Of a stretch of 64,000 nucleotides of DNA, positions 1-9,871 are shown one piece after another. A program made the position numbers and the translations under genes. The stretch is from positions 18,231-82,230 of the forward strand of contig CAMYXL010000001.1 in the NCBI GenBank assembly GCA_947303255.1, written 5' to 3'. The notes beneath the pieces were generated by a model that saw nothing but the letters and a program-made list of their open reading frames with translations, made no database searches and was not told the origin of the DNA. Numbering within the stretch: position 1 is the first letter of the stretch; every line of letters begins with the position of its first letter. The stretch comes from an uncultured Clostridia bacterium (lineage in GTDB: Bacteria; Bacillota; Clostridia; Saccharofermentanales; Saccharofermentanaceae).

Positions 1-739
1 CAAATCTCATGTTACCGAGTCTCTTGTCGAGTTCGTCACGGTTGGTGCAAAGTTCGAGAGGGAAGCATGCGTTCTCGTGTACTTCCTCCTGGGCTTCTCT
101 TACGAGGAGCATGTCTCTTTTGGCGGATGCTTTCCAGTGAATGCTCTTAAGAAGATCGCCCTGTGCGAATTCGCGGATGTCATAGATCTCGGATTCGAGA
201 GAATTGGATTTTACGGTCTTGCTGGATCTGGCAGCTTCGAAATCCGGAAGCCTGTCAGGTCTTAAAGAGATCGGCTTGACTAAGATCTCAGTCTTTCTGT
301 TCTTGTACGGAGTTACATAGAACAGACCGAAAAGATCGTAGATCTTGAGCTTTTCAACTTCATAGTAAAACGCACCGCAGTGTTCTGTATCGACGTTGAT
401 CGGGATATCGACGGGACCGTGACCTAAGTATGTTTTTGTGGTCACTTCACCGGTCATGATATCCGTGATCTTGAAGTCCATAATGTATGCGGATGATATG
501 AGAATGAGCACAGGCTTACCGATGATCTTAAGTTCGGCGATCATCTTGTGATATGTCTCTGCCGGGGTATTTATCTTAACTGTCATTCTCCTTGCCGAGA
601 GTATGAGAGCAACAAGTGAGAGCACAGGGAACAGTATGACTAACATCACACTTATCCATGCGAGCCACTTTTTGTAGAAAAAATAGAACAGCAGCGTACC
701 TATAAGCACAGCCAAATAGATTAGACGGTTCTTAGTCAT
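1..739 (-). CDS. DUF58 domain-containing protein (partial; runs off the window start)
   Basis: Not in the ORF track because no stop lies in the window. Translated by hand from the ATG at 739: MTKNRLIYLAVLIGTLLFYFFYKKWLAW..., two N-terminal hydrophobic segments, then the DUF58-type motif EIYDIREFAQGDLLKSIHWKASAKRDMLLVRE. It lies 10 bp downstream of a MoxR ATPase, the usual pairing. Confidence 0.85.
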   Translation of the reverse strand, partial: MTKNRLIYLAVLIGTLLFYFFYKKWLAWISVMLVILFPVLSLVALILSARRMTVKINTPAETYHKMIAELKIIGKPVLILISSAYIMDFKITDIMTGEVTTKTYLGHGPVDIPINVDTEHCGAFYYEVEKLKIYDLFGLFYVTPYKNRKTEILVKPISLRPDRLPDFEAARSSKTVKSNSLESEIYDIREFAQGDLLKSIHWKASAKRDMLLVREAQEEVHENACFPLELCTNRDELDKRLGNMRF

Positions 740-749
740 AGAGTAAGCC

Positions 750-1682
750 TTAGATCTTAGGAACTGGTACTGTTTCCAATATGTCGTTAACTACTTCGAG
801 GGTTGTTTTCTTGTTGACTTCAGCTTCCTGAGTCAGACGTATTCTGTGGCACATAACAGCAGGGAATACCGACTGAACATCAGAAGGGATAACGTAATTT
901 CTGTTAGACAGATATGCATATGATCTGGTCATGGATGTAAGGATAAGGGAAGCTCTCGGGCTCGCACCTCTAAGAAGATCAACGTGGTCTCTTGTTTTCG
1001 AGACGAGGTCGACGATGTAGTTGACGATATCGTCAGTTACGAACATGTTGCTTACTTCTTCCTGGATCTCCAGAAGCTTATTCGTATCGCAGATCTTCTC
1101 GATCTCGTCCATAGGATTTCTTCCGCCCTTACGGCTCTTGATCATGACCCTCTCTTCAACGTTTGAAGGGTATCCCATCGATACTCTTATAGAGAATCTG
1201 TCGAGCTGTGAATCAGGGATCATGGATGTACCTGAAGCATCGAACGGGTTCTGTGTGGCGAATACTATGAACGGCTTAGGAAGTTCGTATGTGTTGCCGT
1301 CAACGGTAACTTGTCCTTCTTCCATTGCCTCGAGGAGAGCTGACTGTGTACGCGAAGATGCACGGTTCAACTCGTCAGCCAGGAAGAGGTTATGGAATAC
1401 CGCGCCCTGCTGATATCTCATGGTGTCTGAATTCTTATCGTAAACGGAAAATCCCGTAATATCTGAAGGGAGGATATCAGGCGTGAACTGTACACGTCCG
1501 TAGTCAAGTCCCATTGCTTTGGAGAAAGCCAGAGCCATTGATGTCTTACCAACGCCCGGAACATCCTCGATAAGGACGTGACCTCCTGCAAGGATACCTG
1601 TAAGTGTCATGAGGATAACTTTGTCTTTACCGCAAATTATCTTCTTGACTTCGTCCATTATCTGGGTTGTTACTCTGCTCAT
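750..1682 (-). CDS. moxR: MoxR family AAA+ ATPase
   Basis: Walker A DVPGVGKT, RVQFTPDILPSDITG, Walker B LADELNRA, ATQNP and DRF motifs. Start moved to the ATG at 1682, which follows the RBS-like AAGGGGGGAAG. Confidence 0.93.
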   Translation of the reverse strand: MSRVTTQIMDEVKKIICGKDKVILMTLTGILAGGHVLIEDVPGVGKTSMALAFSKAMGLDYGRVQFTPDILPSDITGFSVYDKNSDTMRYQQGAVFHNLFLADELNRASSRTQSALLEAMEEGQVTVDGNTYELPKPFIVFATQNPFDASGTSMIPDSQLDRFSIRVSMGYPSNVEERVMIKSRKGGRNPMDEIEKICDTNKLLEIQEEVSNMFVTDDIVNYIVDLVSKTRDHVDLLRGASPRASLILTSMTRSYAYLSNRNYVIPSDVQSVFPAVMCHRIRLTQEAEVNKKTTLEVVNDILETVPVPKI

Positions 1683-1898
1683 GTTGATCTTCCCCCCTTT
1701 TCTCTGATAGTTCAATTATATGTGACGATAAAACCACTCGCCAACCCGAGAAATTCTAAATAAATCATAGGGAAACACTACAAGATTTATTGAAAAGAAG
1801 TGTTATCTGTCAAATACATGGGATATGCCGTAAATCGCCTATGCACAGATGTTTCCTCCATGTATAATAGAGAAAATCTGAATTCCAAGGGGCAACTT

Positions 1899-4688
1899 AT
1901 GAATAAGATATTAGATTGGAAAAAGTATATCGACTGCGCAACTGAAATCGCAGCCGAGGGAATAGTAATGCTGGAGAATAACGGCTGTCTTCCTCTGAAG
2001 AAGGGCACGAGTGTCGCATTGTTCGGAAGGATGCAGGACCACTACTACAAGAGCGGTACAGGCTCAGGCGGTATGGTCAATGTAAAGCACGTCGTTACCA
2101 TTAGAGAAGCGATCAAGAATTCCGACGGTCTCACGATCGATGAAGATCTCGCCAAGATATATGATGAATTCGACGTAACTAGTCCTATCGATAACGGTGT
2201 GGGCTGGGGCAATGAGCCATGGTCCCAGGAGGAGATGGAACTTACCGATGATATGGTCTCTTCCGCTGCTTCCAAGACCGACACGGCCATAATCATACTC
2301 GCGCGTCTCGCAGGTGAAGACCGCGACAATTCCGATGAGAAGGGCGCTTATGATCTGACTGATAAGGAAGAGGATATGCTCTCCAAGGTCACAAAGGCTT
2401 TCTCTAAGACCATCGTTCTCATCAATTCCGGCGGACTTTTGGACATGTCATTTGTTAAGAAGTATTCTCCTTCCGCAGTCCTTTATGTATGGCAGGCAGG
2501 AATGTCGGGCGCGAATGCGATCCCTCAGGTCCTTCTCGGCAACCAGGCTCCGTCAGGACACCTTTCCGAGACCATCGCCTACAGCATCGAGGATTATCCT
2601 TCCGACAGTAATTTCGGCAAGGGCGACGGCCAGCGCGACAATTATCAGGAAGACGTTTATGTAGGCTACAGATTTTTCGAGACCTTTTCCAAGGACAAGG
2701 TAATGTATCCGTTCGGATTCGGTCTCACGTACACAGAGTTTTCGATAAAGAATATCAAGCTTGACTATAGCGGCGACGTCACGGTTTCCTTTACCGTAGA
2801 GAATGTGGGCTCATACAAGGGCAAGTGCGTTCCGATGGTATTCGCATCCTGTCCTCAGGGTCAGCTCGGCAAGCCTTCCAGAGTCCTTTGCGGTTTCTCG
2901 AAAACATCCGTTCTCCTTCCGGGCGAGAGCGAAGACATGACTATCGTTATTAAGCCTGAGTACTTCGCATCTTATGACGACTCAGGAAAGACAACTAGCC
3001 CGTACTCATGGGTACTCGAAGAAGGAAAGTACGAATTCTTCATCGGCGAAAACGTCAGGGATACAAAGTTCTGCGGCTCATTCGAGATCAACGAACTCAA
3101 GGTCGTTGAGAAGCTCTGGACTGCACTTAAGCCGATCGATAAGTTCGACAGAGTCATTCCGAAGGCAACCGAAAACGGCTACGAAGTTTCATACGAGCCT
3201 GTTCCGACCAGAGAAGTCGAAGCTATCGACAGCAGGTTCGATCACCTGATGGCTGAGATCCCTCAGACAGGAAGAAAAGATATCTCCTTCAAGGACGTAA
3301 AAAGCGGCAAGGCTACATTGGAAGAATTCGTCGCATCAATGGATGACGAGGAACTTGCTCTCATCGTAAGAGGCGAGGGAATGGGAAGCCCTAAGGTCAC
3401 GACAGGTACCGCGGGTGCTTTCGCAGGCGTATCCGAAGAGATGATGGAAAGAGACGTTCCTTCATGCTGCTGTTCCGACGGTCCTTCAGGAATGAGGATC
3501 GACAGCGGTAAGTGCGCTATGGCACTTCCGAACGGATCATGTATCGCCAGCACATTCAACACAGCTCTTGTCGAGGAGCTCTTTGACTACTTCGGCATCG
3601 AGATGTTAAGTAACGAGATCGATGTAATCTTAGGCCCTGGTATCAACATCAGAAGACATCCTCTTAACGGACGTAACTTCGAGTATTTCTCTGAAGATCC
3701 GTTCCTTACGGGTAAGATCGCATGTGCCCAGTTAACGGCTCTTCACAGACATAAGGTAACAGGATGCATCAAGCATTTCTGCACGAACAACAGAGAGAAG
3801 AACCGTCAGACGATGAGTTCCAACGTATCAGAGAGAGCTCTTCGTGAGATCTATCTCAAGGGATTCGAGATGGCAGTTAAAGAAGCTGATGCCAAGTGCA
3901 TCATGACTGTCTATAACAGGATCAACGGCGTATACGGAGCATCCAACTACGAGCTCACGACCGAGATCTTAAGGAGACAGTTCGGCTTCAAGGGAATCGT
4001 AATGTCCGACTGGTGGGCTAACGTTAATTCCGCACCATACGAAGAAGGCCATAAGAGCGTTCAAAGCGAGATGGTACGTGCCCAGAACGACCTTTATATG
4101 TGCTGCCCTCTTGCTGAGCGTAAGGCACTCGACTTTACGGATGTTTATCAGAGCCTCAAGGAAGGTAAGCTTACGAGAGCAGAACTTCAAAGAAGTGCTC
4201 TTAACACTTTGAACTTCGCGCTCAATACTCCTGCAATGGACAGAGTAATGGGTGAGGGCGTAACGGTTGAACATATCGACTCACCGTTTGCAGATGACAA
4301 CGTACCTGTTAAGACAGATGTTTACTTCGAAGTCTTTGACGGAGCAGTAAGCGACCTTACAGCGTTTAAGACTGAAGACGGTCATGACGCGGTATTCGGT
4401 CTTTCCGTTAAGAAGATCGGAACTTATGATTTCAAGATCTACGCTTCTTCCGAACTCGACGAAGTCGCACAGATCCCGATGACATTCTTCTATACCAGTA
4501 TTCCGATCCAGGTTCTTACATGGAACGGAACAGGCGGAAAAGAAGACGTAAGACCGATAAGCGTATTCTGCAGCGGTCAGCCGGCCATCATCAGACTTCA
4601 CTTTGCGACACCGGGCGTTAAGCTCTTAAGGATCGAGACTACCTTCGTCTGTGACGAACGCCTTGAAAAACGGTGGGATTTTTCCTGA
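1899..4688 (+). CDS. GH3 beta-glucosidase/beta-xylosidase with inverted domain order
   Basis: GH3 C-type domain first (IVMLENNGCLPL, GEDRD), then an Fn3-like region (GFGLTYTEF...LCGFSKT), then the barrel domain (DGPSGMR, GPGINIRRHPLNGRNFEYFSEDP, KHF, nucleophile GIVMSDWW). Start taken at ATG 1899 after AAGGGG; no signal peptide. Confidence 0.92.
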   Translation: MNKILDWKKYIDCATEIAAEGIVMLENNGCLPLKKGTSVALFGRMQDHYYKSGTGSGGMVNVKHVVTIREAIKNSDGLTIDEDLAKIYDEFDVTSPIDNGVGWGNEPWSQEEMELTDDMVSSAASKTDTAIIILARLAGEDRDNSDEKGAYDLTDKEEDMLSKVTKAFSKTIVLINSGGLLDMSFVKKYSPSAVLYVWQAGMSGANAIPQVLLGNQAPSGHLSETIAYSIEDYPSDSNFGKGDGQRDNYQEDVYVGYRFFETFSKDKVMYPFGFGLTYTEFSIKNIKLDYSGDVTVSFTVENVGSYKGKCVPMVFASCPQGQLGKPSRVLCGFSKTSVLLPGESEDMTIVIKPEYFASYDDSGKTTSPYSWVLEEGKYEFFIGENVRDTKFCGSFEINELKVVEKLWTALKPIDKFDRVIPKATENGYEVSYEPVPTREVEAIDSRFDHLMAEIPQTGRKDISFKDVKSGKATLEEFVASMDDEELALIVRGEGMGSPKVTTGTAGAFAGVSEEMMERDVPSCCCSDGPSGMRIDSGKCAMALPNGSCIASTFNTALVEELFDYFGIEMLSNEIDVILGPGINIRRHPLNGRNFEYFSEDPFLTGKIACAQLTALHRHKVTGCIKHFCTNNREKNRQTMSSNVSERALREIYLKGFEMAVKEADAKCIMTVYNRINGVYGASNYELTTEILRRQFGFKGIVMSDWWANVNSAPYEEGHKSVQSEMVRAQNDLYMCCPLAERKALDFTDVYQSLKEGKLTRAELQRSALNTLNFALNTPAMDRVMGEGVTVEHIDSPFADDNVPVKTDVYFEVFDGAVSDLTAFKTEDGHDAVFGLSVKKIGTYDFKIYASSELDEVAQIPMTFFYTSIPIQVLTWNGTGGKEDVRPISVFCSGQPAIIRLHFATPGVKLLRIETTFVCDERLEKRWDFS

Positions 4689-4733
4689 CGTAATGATAAA
4701 ATAATAGGAGTTTTTTTATGGAAGGAGAAATGA

Positions 4734-5717
4734 ATGCGACGCGATTACTTTATTTGCGTGTTCTTACTGCTTATCGCGGTAGCACTGTCGTTCGTATGTC
4801 TTCTTCCTGTCTGCTACGCTTATGACGGCGTGATCGCACGTGAAGTTGGTATTATCGAGAAGATCGCGAGTATCCTCTTTGCGGTCGTAACGATAATCGC
4901 TTTCCCGATCCTTACTGCTGTTAAGAAAAAGTTTTGGGCTATGCTCGGTAACGCAGCATTTGGTCTTCTTGCTTTTATCCCGGGAATGTTTCTTCCTGGT
5001 ATGGCTGCTAAGCTTGCAGCTCCTGATGTAGCTATCACTACTACCGTTAAGGCATTCTTCTTTAAGGCGATCTACTCCATGACTTATGCTCCGTTCGTAG
5101 GTCTCGGATCTATAGTAGGCGACAAGGCGGGACAATTCTTTCCGAAGCTCATCCTTCCTATGTCACTTCTTATCTACGGTGCGGTCAAGCTTTTCAGATT
5201 CTACAAAGAGGCATATATCGCTGAAAGACTTGCACCTGTTCCGACTAACGATTCTCCTACGATCAGGACCAGAAAGCCTGATATCCTCGGAACTGTCATC
5301 TCAGCTCCTGTCAACAACAAGACAGCTCCTGAGACAGGTGACGAGACTAAGACCAACATAAGAGTTCCGGATCCTGCTCCGCAACCTAAGCCACAGCCTA
5401 GGCCGCAGCAGCCTCAACCACAACCTCAACCGCAGGTTAGAGCTCCTCAGCCGAAGCCTCAGCCACAGGCTGTAAAGGCACCTGAGCCGAAGCCTCAGAT
5501 CCCGCCTAAGCAACAGCAGAAGCCGACTGAGGGAGTTAGAGCTCCGAATATCAATATCTCATTTGATGCTATTCCTTTGGGAGCTCCTGACGAGAAGCCT
5601 TCCATCAGTGCTCCTGAGAAGAAGGATGTTATCCAGCTTGAGGCTCCGAAGAATAACGATGTCATCATTCTCGATGCGCCTAAGGACAAACCTATCGAGC
5701 TCGGTCCTCCTAAGTAA
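4734..5717 (+). CDS. Hypothetical multi-pass membrane protein with Pro/Gln-rich C-terminal tail
   Basis: About 5 hydrophobic segments in the first 155 aa, followed by a PQPKPQPRPQQPQPQPQPQ tract; RBS GGAG upstream. Confidence 0.7.
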   Translation: MRRDYFICVFLLLIAVALSFVCLLPVCYAYDGVIAREVGIIEKIASILFAVVTIIAFPILTAVKKKFWAMLGNAAFGLLAFIPGMFLPGMAAKLAAPDVAITTTVKAFFFKAIYSMTYAPFVGLGSIVGDKAGQFFPKLILPMSLLIYGAVKLFRFYKEAYIAERLAPVPTNDSPTIRTRKPDILGTVISAPVNNKTAPETGDETKTNIRVPDPAPQPKPQPRPQQPQPQPQPQVRAPQPKPQPQAVKAPEPKPQIPPKQQQKPTEGVRAPNINISFDAIPLGAPDEKPSISAPEKKDVIQLEAPKNNDVIILDAPKDKPIELGPPK

Positions 5718-5782
5718 TGCAGGGTTGAAAAGAGAGGTTTTCCCTTGTAGAATGTGACACAGAATAAAACACGGAGAATAGT

Positions 5783-6583
5783 ATGGCCAAGAATCTTAAA
5801 TTCTGGAAAAAGTATCTTACAACCAGTGAAGACATAAAAGTTGAACAGCAGAATGATGTTGACGCTTTGGAGAAGGGTCTTGAAGGTCTTTCATGGGAGG
5901 AAACTGCCCACAGATCTGCAGGAACCGTAAAGAAGACACATTTCTCACTTGGTGAAGAGATCGGTAACTCCGTTACTCACGCTGTTATGGCCGTATTCTT
6001 CCTTTGCATGATCCCGTACGCCAGTATCAGAGCATATACTCATGCTCCTGAGGGAAAAGAAGTTATCGATGCACTCGGTATCAGCATCTATATGATTTCT
6101 TCTTTCCTCATGTTCCTCGCTTCCACCTGGTATCATTCCACGATGAGAGGCACAACATGGAAATATGTAACGGGTAAGATCGATTATTGTTTCGTATTCG
6201 CCTGCATCGCAGGAACATATACGCCTATCTGGCTTTCCCTTATCGGAGGCGGTGTAGGCTTGGGATTCTGTATCGCTCAGTGGTGTCTCGCCCTCGCAGG
6301 AATCCTTTTTAAATCCCTCATGTACTCCAAGTCCAAGGCCAGCCAGATCATTTCCTGGGTCGTATATTTCCTTTTGGGCTGGATGATCTTTTTCTACATT
6401 GTGGGATTCTTCCACGCAGCATCTCTTCCGTGCTTCTGGCTCGTTCTCGCAGGAACGATCTGCTACACGGTCGGCGTTATCTTCTTCGCCGGTAAGTACA
6501 AGTTCGCACACATGGTATGGCACTTCCTCGTTGACTTCGGTGCTATCTGCCACTTCATCGGACTTGTATATTTCATGAGATAA
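5783..6583 (+). CDS. Hemolysin III / PAQR family membrane protein
   Basis: EEIGNSVTH, STWYHS, KIDYCFVF..IAGTYTP and HMVWHFLV..GAICHF motifs, with about 7 TM segments. Confidence 0.9.
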   Translation: MAKNLKFWKKYLTTSEDIKVEQQNDVDALEKGLEGLSWEETAHRSAGTVKKTHFSLGEEIGNSVTHAVMAVFFLCMIPYASIRAYTHAPEGKEVIDALGISIYMISSFLMFLASTWYHSTMRGTTWKYVTGKIDYCFVFACIAGTYTPIWLSLIGGGVGLGFCIAQWCLALAGILFKSLMYSKSKASQIISWVVYFLLGWMIFFYIVGFFHAASLPCFWLVLAGTICYTVGVIFFAGKYKFAHMVWHFLVDFGAICHFIGLVYFMR

Positions 6584-6617
6584 ATCTCAACTTAAGAATT
6601 AAATGATCGCATTAAAA

Positions 6618-6638
6618 GGGGGCTGATTTTCAGCCCCC
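6618..6638 (-). terminator. Intrinsic terminator hairpin between convergent genes
   Basis: GGGGGCTGA-ttt-TCAGCCCCC; a short T run follows on the minus strand. Confidence 0.65.
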
Positions 6639-6709
6639 AAAAACGATTTGGTTTCTGTCCATGAGGAGAAGACAGAAAGATATTATGAAAACTTACCCAT
6701 GTGTTAAGT

Positions 6710-9688
6710 TCACTTAATAAACTCGAAACTCTTAAGTGACGGATTGCCGACACCCTTGAATGTGAAGAACAACGGATATACGCCGTCCTTAAGGCTTACA
6801 TCTGCAGCACACTTTGTCCATGCTGTGCAGAATGTAACGTCAAACGTAGCGAGAACTTCGCCGTCAAGAGATGTACGAAGTTCGAACGTTCCCTGACCGT
6901 AGCCTCTTGTGGTGATCCTGATACCCTTAAGATCCTTGATGTCGAAGTACTTGAATCCGACAGTCGTTCCGTCAAAGATATCTCTTACATAACCGAGGTT
7001 GTGGTCACCGTCTCGTCCTTCCTGCGTGATGTAAGCAACCTTGTGCTCGCCTACATACATCTGCTTCCTGTCATCGAAAAGGTTACAAGCGATATACGCC
7101 GGGTACTCGCCCTCGCCCTTCAAAGGACCGCCGTTAAGACCACATGATGTGATCTCGACCTGCTTTATCTGACCCTTCTCATCGAAAACAATCTTTTCTG
7201 CGCAGCCCTGTCTTGAATACCAGTCATTGTTGGTCTGTCTGTGGTAGAAGATGTACCACTCGCCGTTGATCTCGATGATGCTTCCATGGTTATTGGCACC
7301 GTAAGCAGTCGGTTTATCTGCAGGCTTATATGTATCGATATGCATGTCGCAGTTACTTACGATAACGCCGCCATACGTAAACTCACCGAGGATATCTTCC
7401 GTATATGCGTAGCAAAGTTCATGCATTACCTGTGAAGAGTAGATGAGGTAATACATGTTTCCTCTCTTCCTTATGGAAGGAGCTTCGAAGAATGCATGAC
7501 CTTCATACTGGGAACCCTTGCTGTGCTGTGTGCTCGGGATCACGAACTCAGGAGCCTTTGTGATAGTGAGCATGTCTTTTCCGAGAACAGTTCTCATACA
7601 ACCGTGACGGCTCGCATCTCCCTGACCGCAGAAACCTGTGAACAGGTATGTTGTATCGCCTTCGGTGAGAACGCCCGGATCGAACTGAGGCTCGTCGCCT
7701 TCCTTCTCACCGAGAAGTGTTCCGTCTTCGTAATGAACATGTCCGTAGAACTCGAACTTGCCCTGCGGCTTATCGCTTACTGCAACTGCAACTACGTTTT
7801 TGTTATCGAGAACATAGTACATGTAGTATCTTCCATCAGGACCTACAGTTACGTCAGGAGCGTAGAGACATCCTCTGTCATCGCCGTTCTGCGGATCGTC
7901 TGATCTTCTGTAAGATACGCCTTCGTATGTCCAGTTTCCGAGATCATCAACTGGAGCAGACCAGGAAACATAATCGCCCGGACAGAAAGCTGTTCCGTTG
8001 AAGAAGTCATGTGAACCATAGACATAGACTCTGTTATTGAATACGTACGGCTCACCGTCAGGTACATATTCCCATGACGGCAGGTAAGGATTGAATGCCT
8101 GCTTTTTCGGAACTTCGTAAAGCTGTACTGCAGGAACTGCTGAGCCGCTTGAAGTCGAAGCAACCGTTCCGAGTGCACTTTGTTCAAGGTGCTCGGAAAT
8201 GAAGTCGATGAACTCTGAAGAAGGATTCTCATCCTGAGTCTTAGCAACAGGTCCTTCAGCTGTAAAGTGCATCTCATTCTTGTAGGAAGGTGAGTACGGC
8301 TTCCACATAGGCATAACCGACTCGTCAACATCATTACCGTTAGGATCGCCTGTCTTGATGAAGTTAACAAAGTAGTTACTCATCTTTCTCGCGAGATCAT
8401 AATGTCTTCCCGTGAACGGTCTCCAGCACTCGTGGAGGTTATCGAAGAAGAACCACAGATCTACGGAATGGAATGTACCCGGATTATCGTATCCCGGAAT
8501 ATCAGGCTCGAAGCAGTAATAGTAGCTAGGCTGATCATTATACTTAAACGCGGTCTTAACGGCACACTCGATTCCGCGAAGCGGTGCATGAAGGTTACCG
8601 TTGACCACAACTTTTGACTCAGGAAGTGAAAGGAACTTATCTGCCTTTTCTCCGAAAATTTCCTTTGCCTTGTTTACGAATTCCTCATCGGATTCAGCAG
8701 CGATAAAGCTCGGGAACTCATCAAAAGTATTACCTGAGATGAGCGGTACATGAGCATGCTTTCCTTCCAAAACGAGTTTGAACGGATCGCCGTCAAGGAA
8801 TACGTTATCGATCATAGGTGTGAAGAAGAAGCCGGTCGAATTACGGAAATCCGAAGCCTTTTCTCTTAAAGTAGCAGCGTCGATCTTACGAGCTTCTTCG
8901 ATAGTTTTTACTCCCAAAGTCTCGAAGAACTTAACGCCCCATGAGCAAGCATCATCAACAGTTCTTGGTGAGATAACAGTATCCTTCATATAAGGAGTCT
9001 GGATGATACCTGAGATGATTACTGCTCTGTTATAAAGTCCGATGCTGGACTTAGCAACAAGATGATTAAGAACGCTTCCTCCGCCTGCTGACTGACCTGC
9101 GATAGTGATGTTGTCAGGGTTGCCGCCGAAGTTTCTTATGTTCTCTTTAACCCACTTGATACCTGCCTGCTGGTCAAGACTTCCGAAGTTGGCAGGAGCA
9201 TCAGGATTTTCCTTGAAAAGATCAGGGTGCGGAAGGAATCCGAAAGCACCGAGTCTGTAGTTTACCGTTACAACGATGATGCCGCGCTTAGCGAGCTGCT
9301 CTCCGTTGAACTCCATCTCTGCAGTGTATCCCCACTGGAATCCGCCGCCGAAGAACCATACCAAAACAGGAAGGTTATCTTCCTTGGTCTTAGCTGGTGT
9401 CCATACGTTCAGGTAAAGACAATCTTCGTCCATCGGAATATCCGGATCTACGTGCCACTCACGGCAATAGATATCCGTTCCGATACCCGGCTGGTCCTGC
9501 ATTGAGATTGGTGCGAATTCAAAGGCGTCATATACGCCGTCCCACTTTTTACAAGGCTGTGGAGCCTTCCAGCGATTCTCTCCAACAGGCGGTGCCGCGA
9601 ACGGTATTCCTTTGAAGACTGAGATCCTGGTGTTGTTGCCTGAAAGACCGCGAACGAGACCATTCGCAGTTTCAACTGTCTTAAGCAT
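6710..9688 (-). CDS. Type-B carboxylesterase fused to GH43 (arabinofuranosidase/xylosidase-like) and a C-terminal CBM6-like module
   Basis: Esterase part: FKGIPFAAPPVG, EDCLYLNVWTP, GGGF, nucleophile GQSAGG, acid GNTFDE, His GTFHSVDL. Ser/Ala linker at about aa 505-530. GH43 part: NPYLPSWEYVPDGEP, YAPD, FDPG, FEAP, NNHG. CBM6-like part: GTTVGFKYFD...GVYPLFFTFKG. No signal peptide. Confidence 0.88.
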   Translation of the reverse strand: MLKTVETANGLVRGLSGNNTRISVFKGIPFAAPPVGENRWKAPQPCKKWDGVYDAFEFAPISMQDQPGIGTDIYCREWHVDPDIPMDEDCLYLNVWTPAKTKEDNLPVLVWFFGGGFQWGYTAEMEFNGEQLAKRGIIVVTVNYRLGAFGFLPHPDLFKENPDAPANFGSLDQQAGIKWVKENIRNFGGNPDNITIAGQSAGGGSVLNHLVAKSSIGLYNRAVIISGIIQTPYMKDTVISPRTVDDACSWGVKFFETLGVKTIEEARKIDAATLREKASDFRNSTGFFFTPMIDNVFLDGDPFKLVLEGKHAHVPLISGNTFDEFPSFIAAESDEEFVNKAKEIFGEKADKFLSLPESKVVVNGNLHAPLRGIECAVKTAFKYNDQPSYYYCFEPDIPGYDNPGTFHSVDLWFFFDNLHECWRPFTGRHYDLARKMSNYFVNFIKTGDPNGNDVDESVMPMWKPYSPSYKNEMHFTAEGPVAKTQDENPSSEFIDFISEHLEQSALGTVASTSSGSAVPAVQLYEVPKKQAFNPYLPSWEYVPDGEPYVFNNRVYVYGSHDFFNGTAFCPGDYVSWSAPVDDLGNWTYEGVSYRRSDDPQNGDDRGCLYAPDVTVGPDGRYYMYYVLDNKNVVAVAVSDKPQGKFEFYGHVHYEDGTLLGEKEGDEPQFDPGVLTEGDTTYLFTGFCGQGDASRHGCMRTVLGKDMLTITKAPEFVIPSTQHSKGSQYEGHAFFEAPSIRKRGNMYYLIYSSQVMHELCYAYTEDILGEFTYGGVIVSNCDMHIDTYKPADKPTAYGANNHGSIIEINGEWYIFYHRQTNNDWYSRQGCAEKIVFDEKGQIKQVEITSCGLNGGPLKGEGEYPAYIACNLFDDRKQMYVGEHKVAYITQEGRDGDHNLGYVRDIFDGTTVGFKYFDIKDLKGIRITTRGYGQGTFELRTSLDGEVLATFDVTFCTAWTKCAADVSLKDGVYPLFFTFKGVGNPSLKSFEFIK

Positions 9689-9828
9689 TGGATATCCTCA
9701 TTTCCGGAAAATAATATCTAAATTCATATTAAGCAAGATAAAATTGTTATACAACGGGACAAATTCTAGGTAAAAAACTGTTAAAGTTCAGCACTTGGGA
9801 AGCCCTTATTGAAATTTGCCCTGTCCTA

Positions 9829-9841
9829 TTGTAACTTACAA
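9829..9841. promoter_or_regulatory. Palindromic operator candidate TTGTAA-C-TTACAA upstream of the arabinose operon
   Basis: Perfect palindrome overlapping a putative -10 (TAACTT, 9832-9837) that lies 17 bp after TTGAAA (9809-9814). A related TTGT-TAT-ACAA occurs at 9744-9754. Resembles the TTGT..ACAA AraR-type boxes of Firmicutes, with different spacing. Confidence 0.4.
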
Positions 9842-9871
9842 CTTAACTAAGAAATAAATTAGGGGGACCTT

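Noticed and set aside
5783-6583. Hemolysin as a virulence factor
   Set aside because: HlyIII/PAQR proteins are widespread housekeeping membrane proteins; nothing here indicates a toxin.
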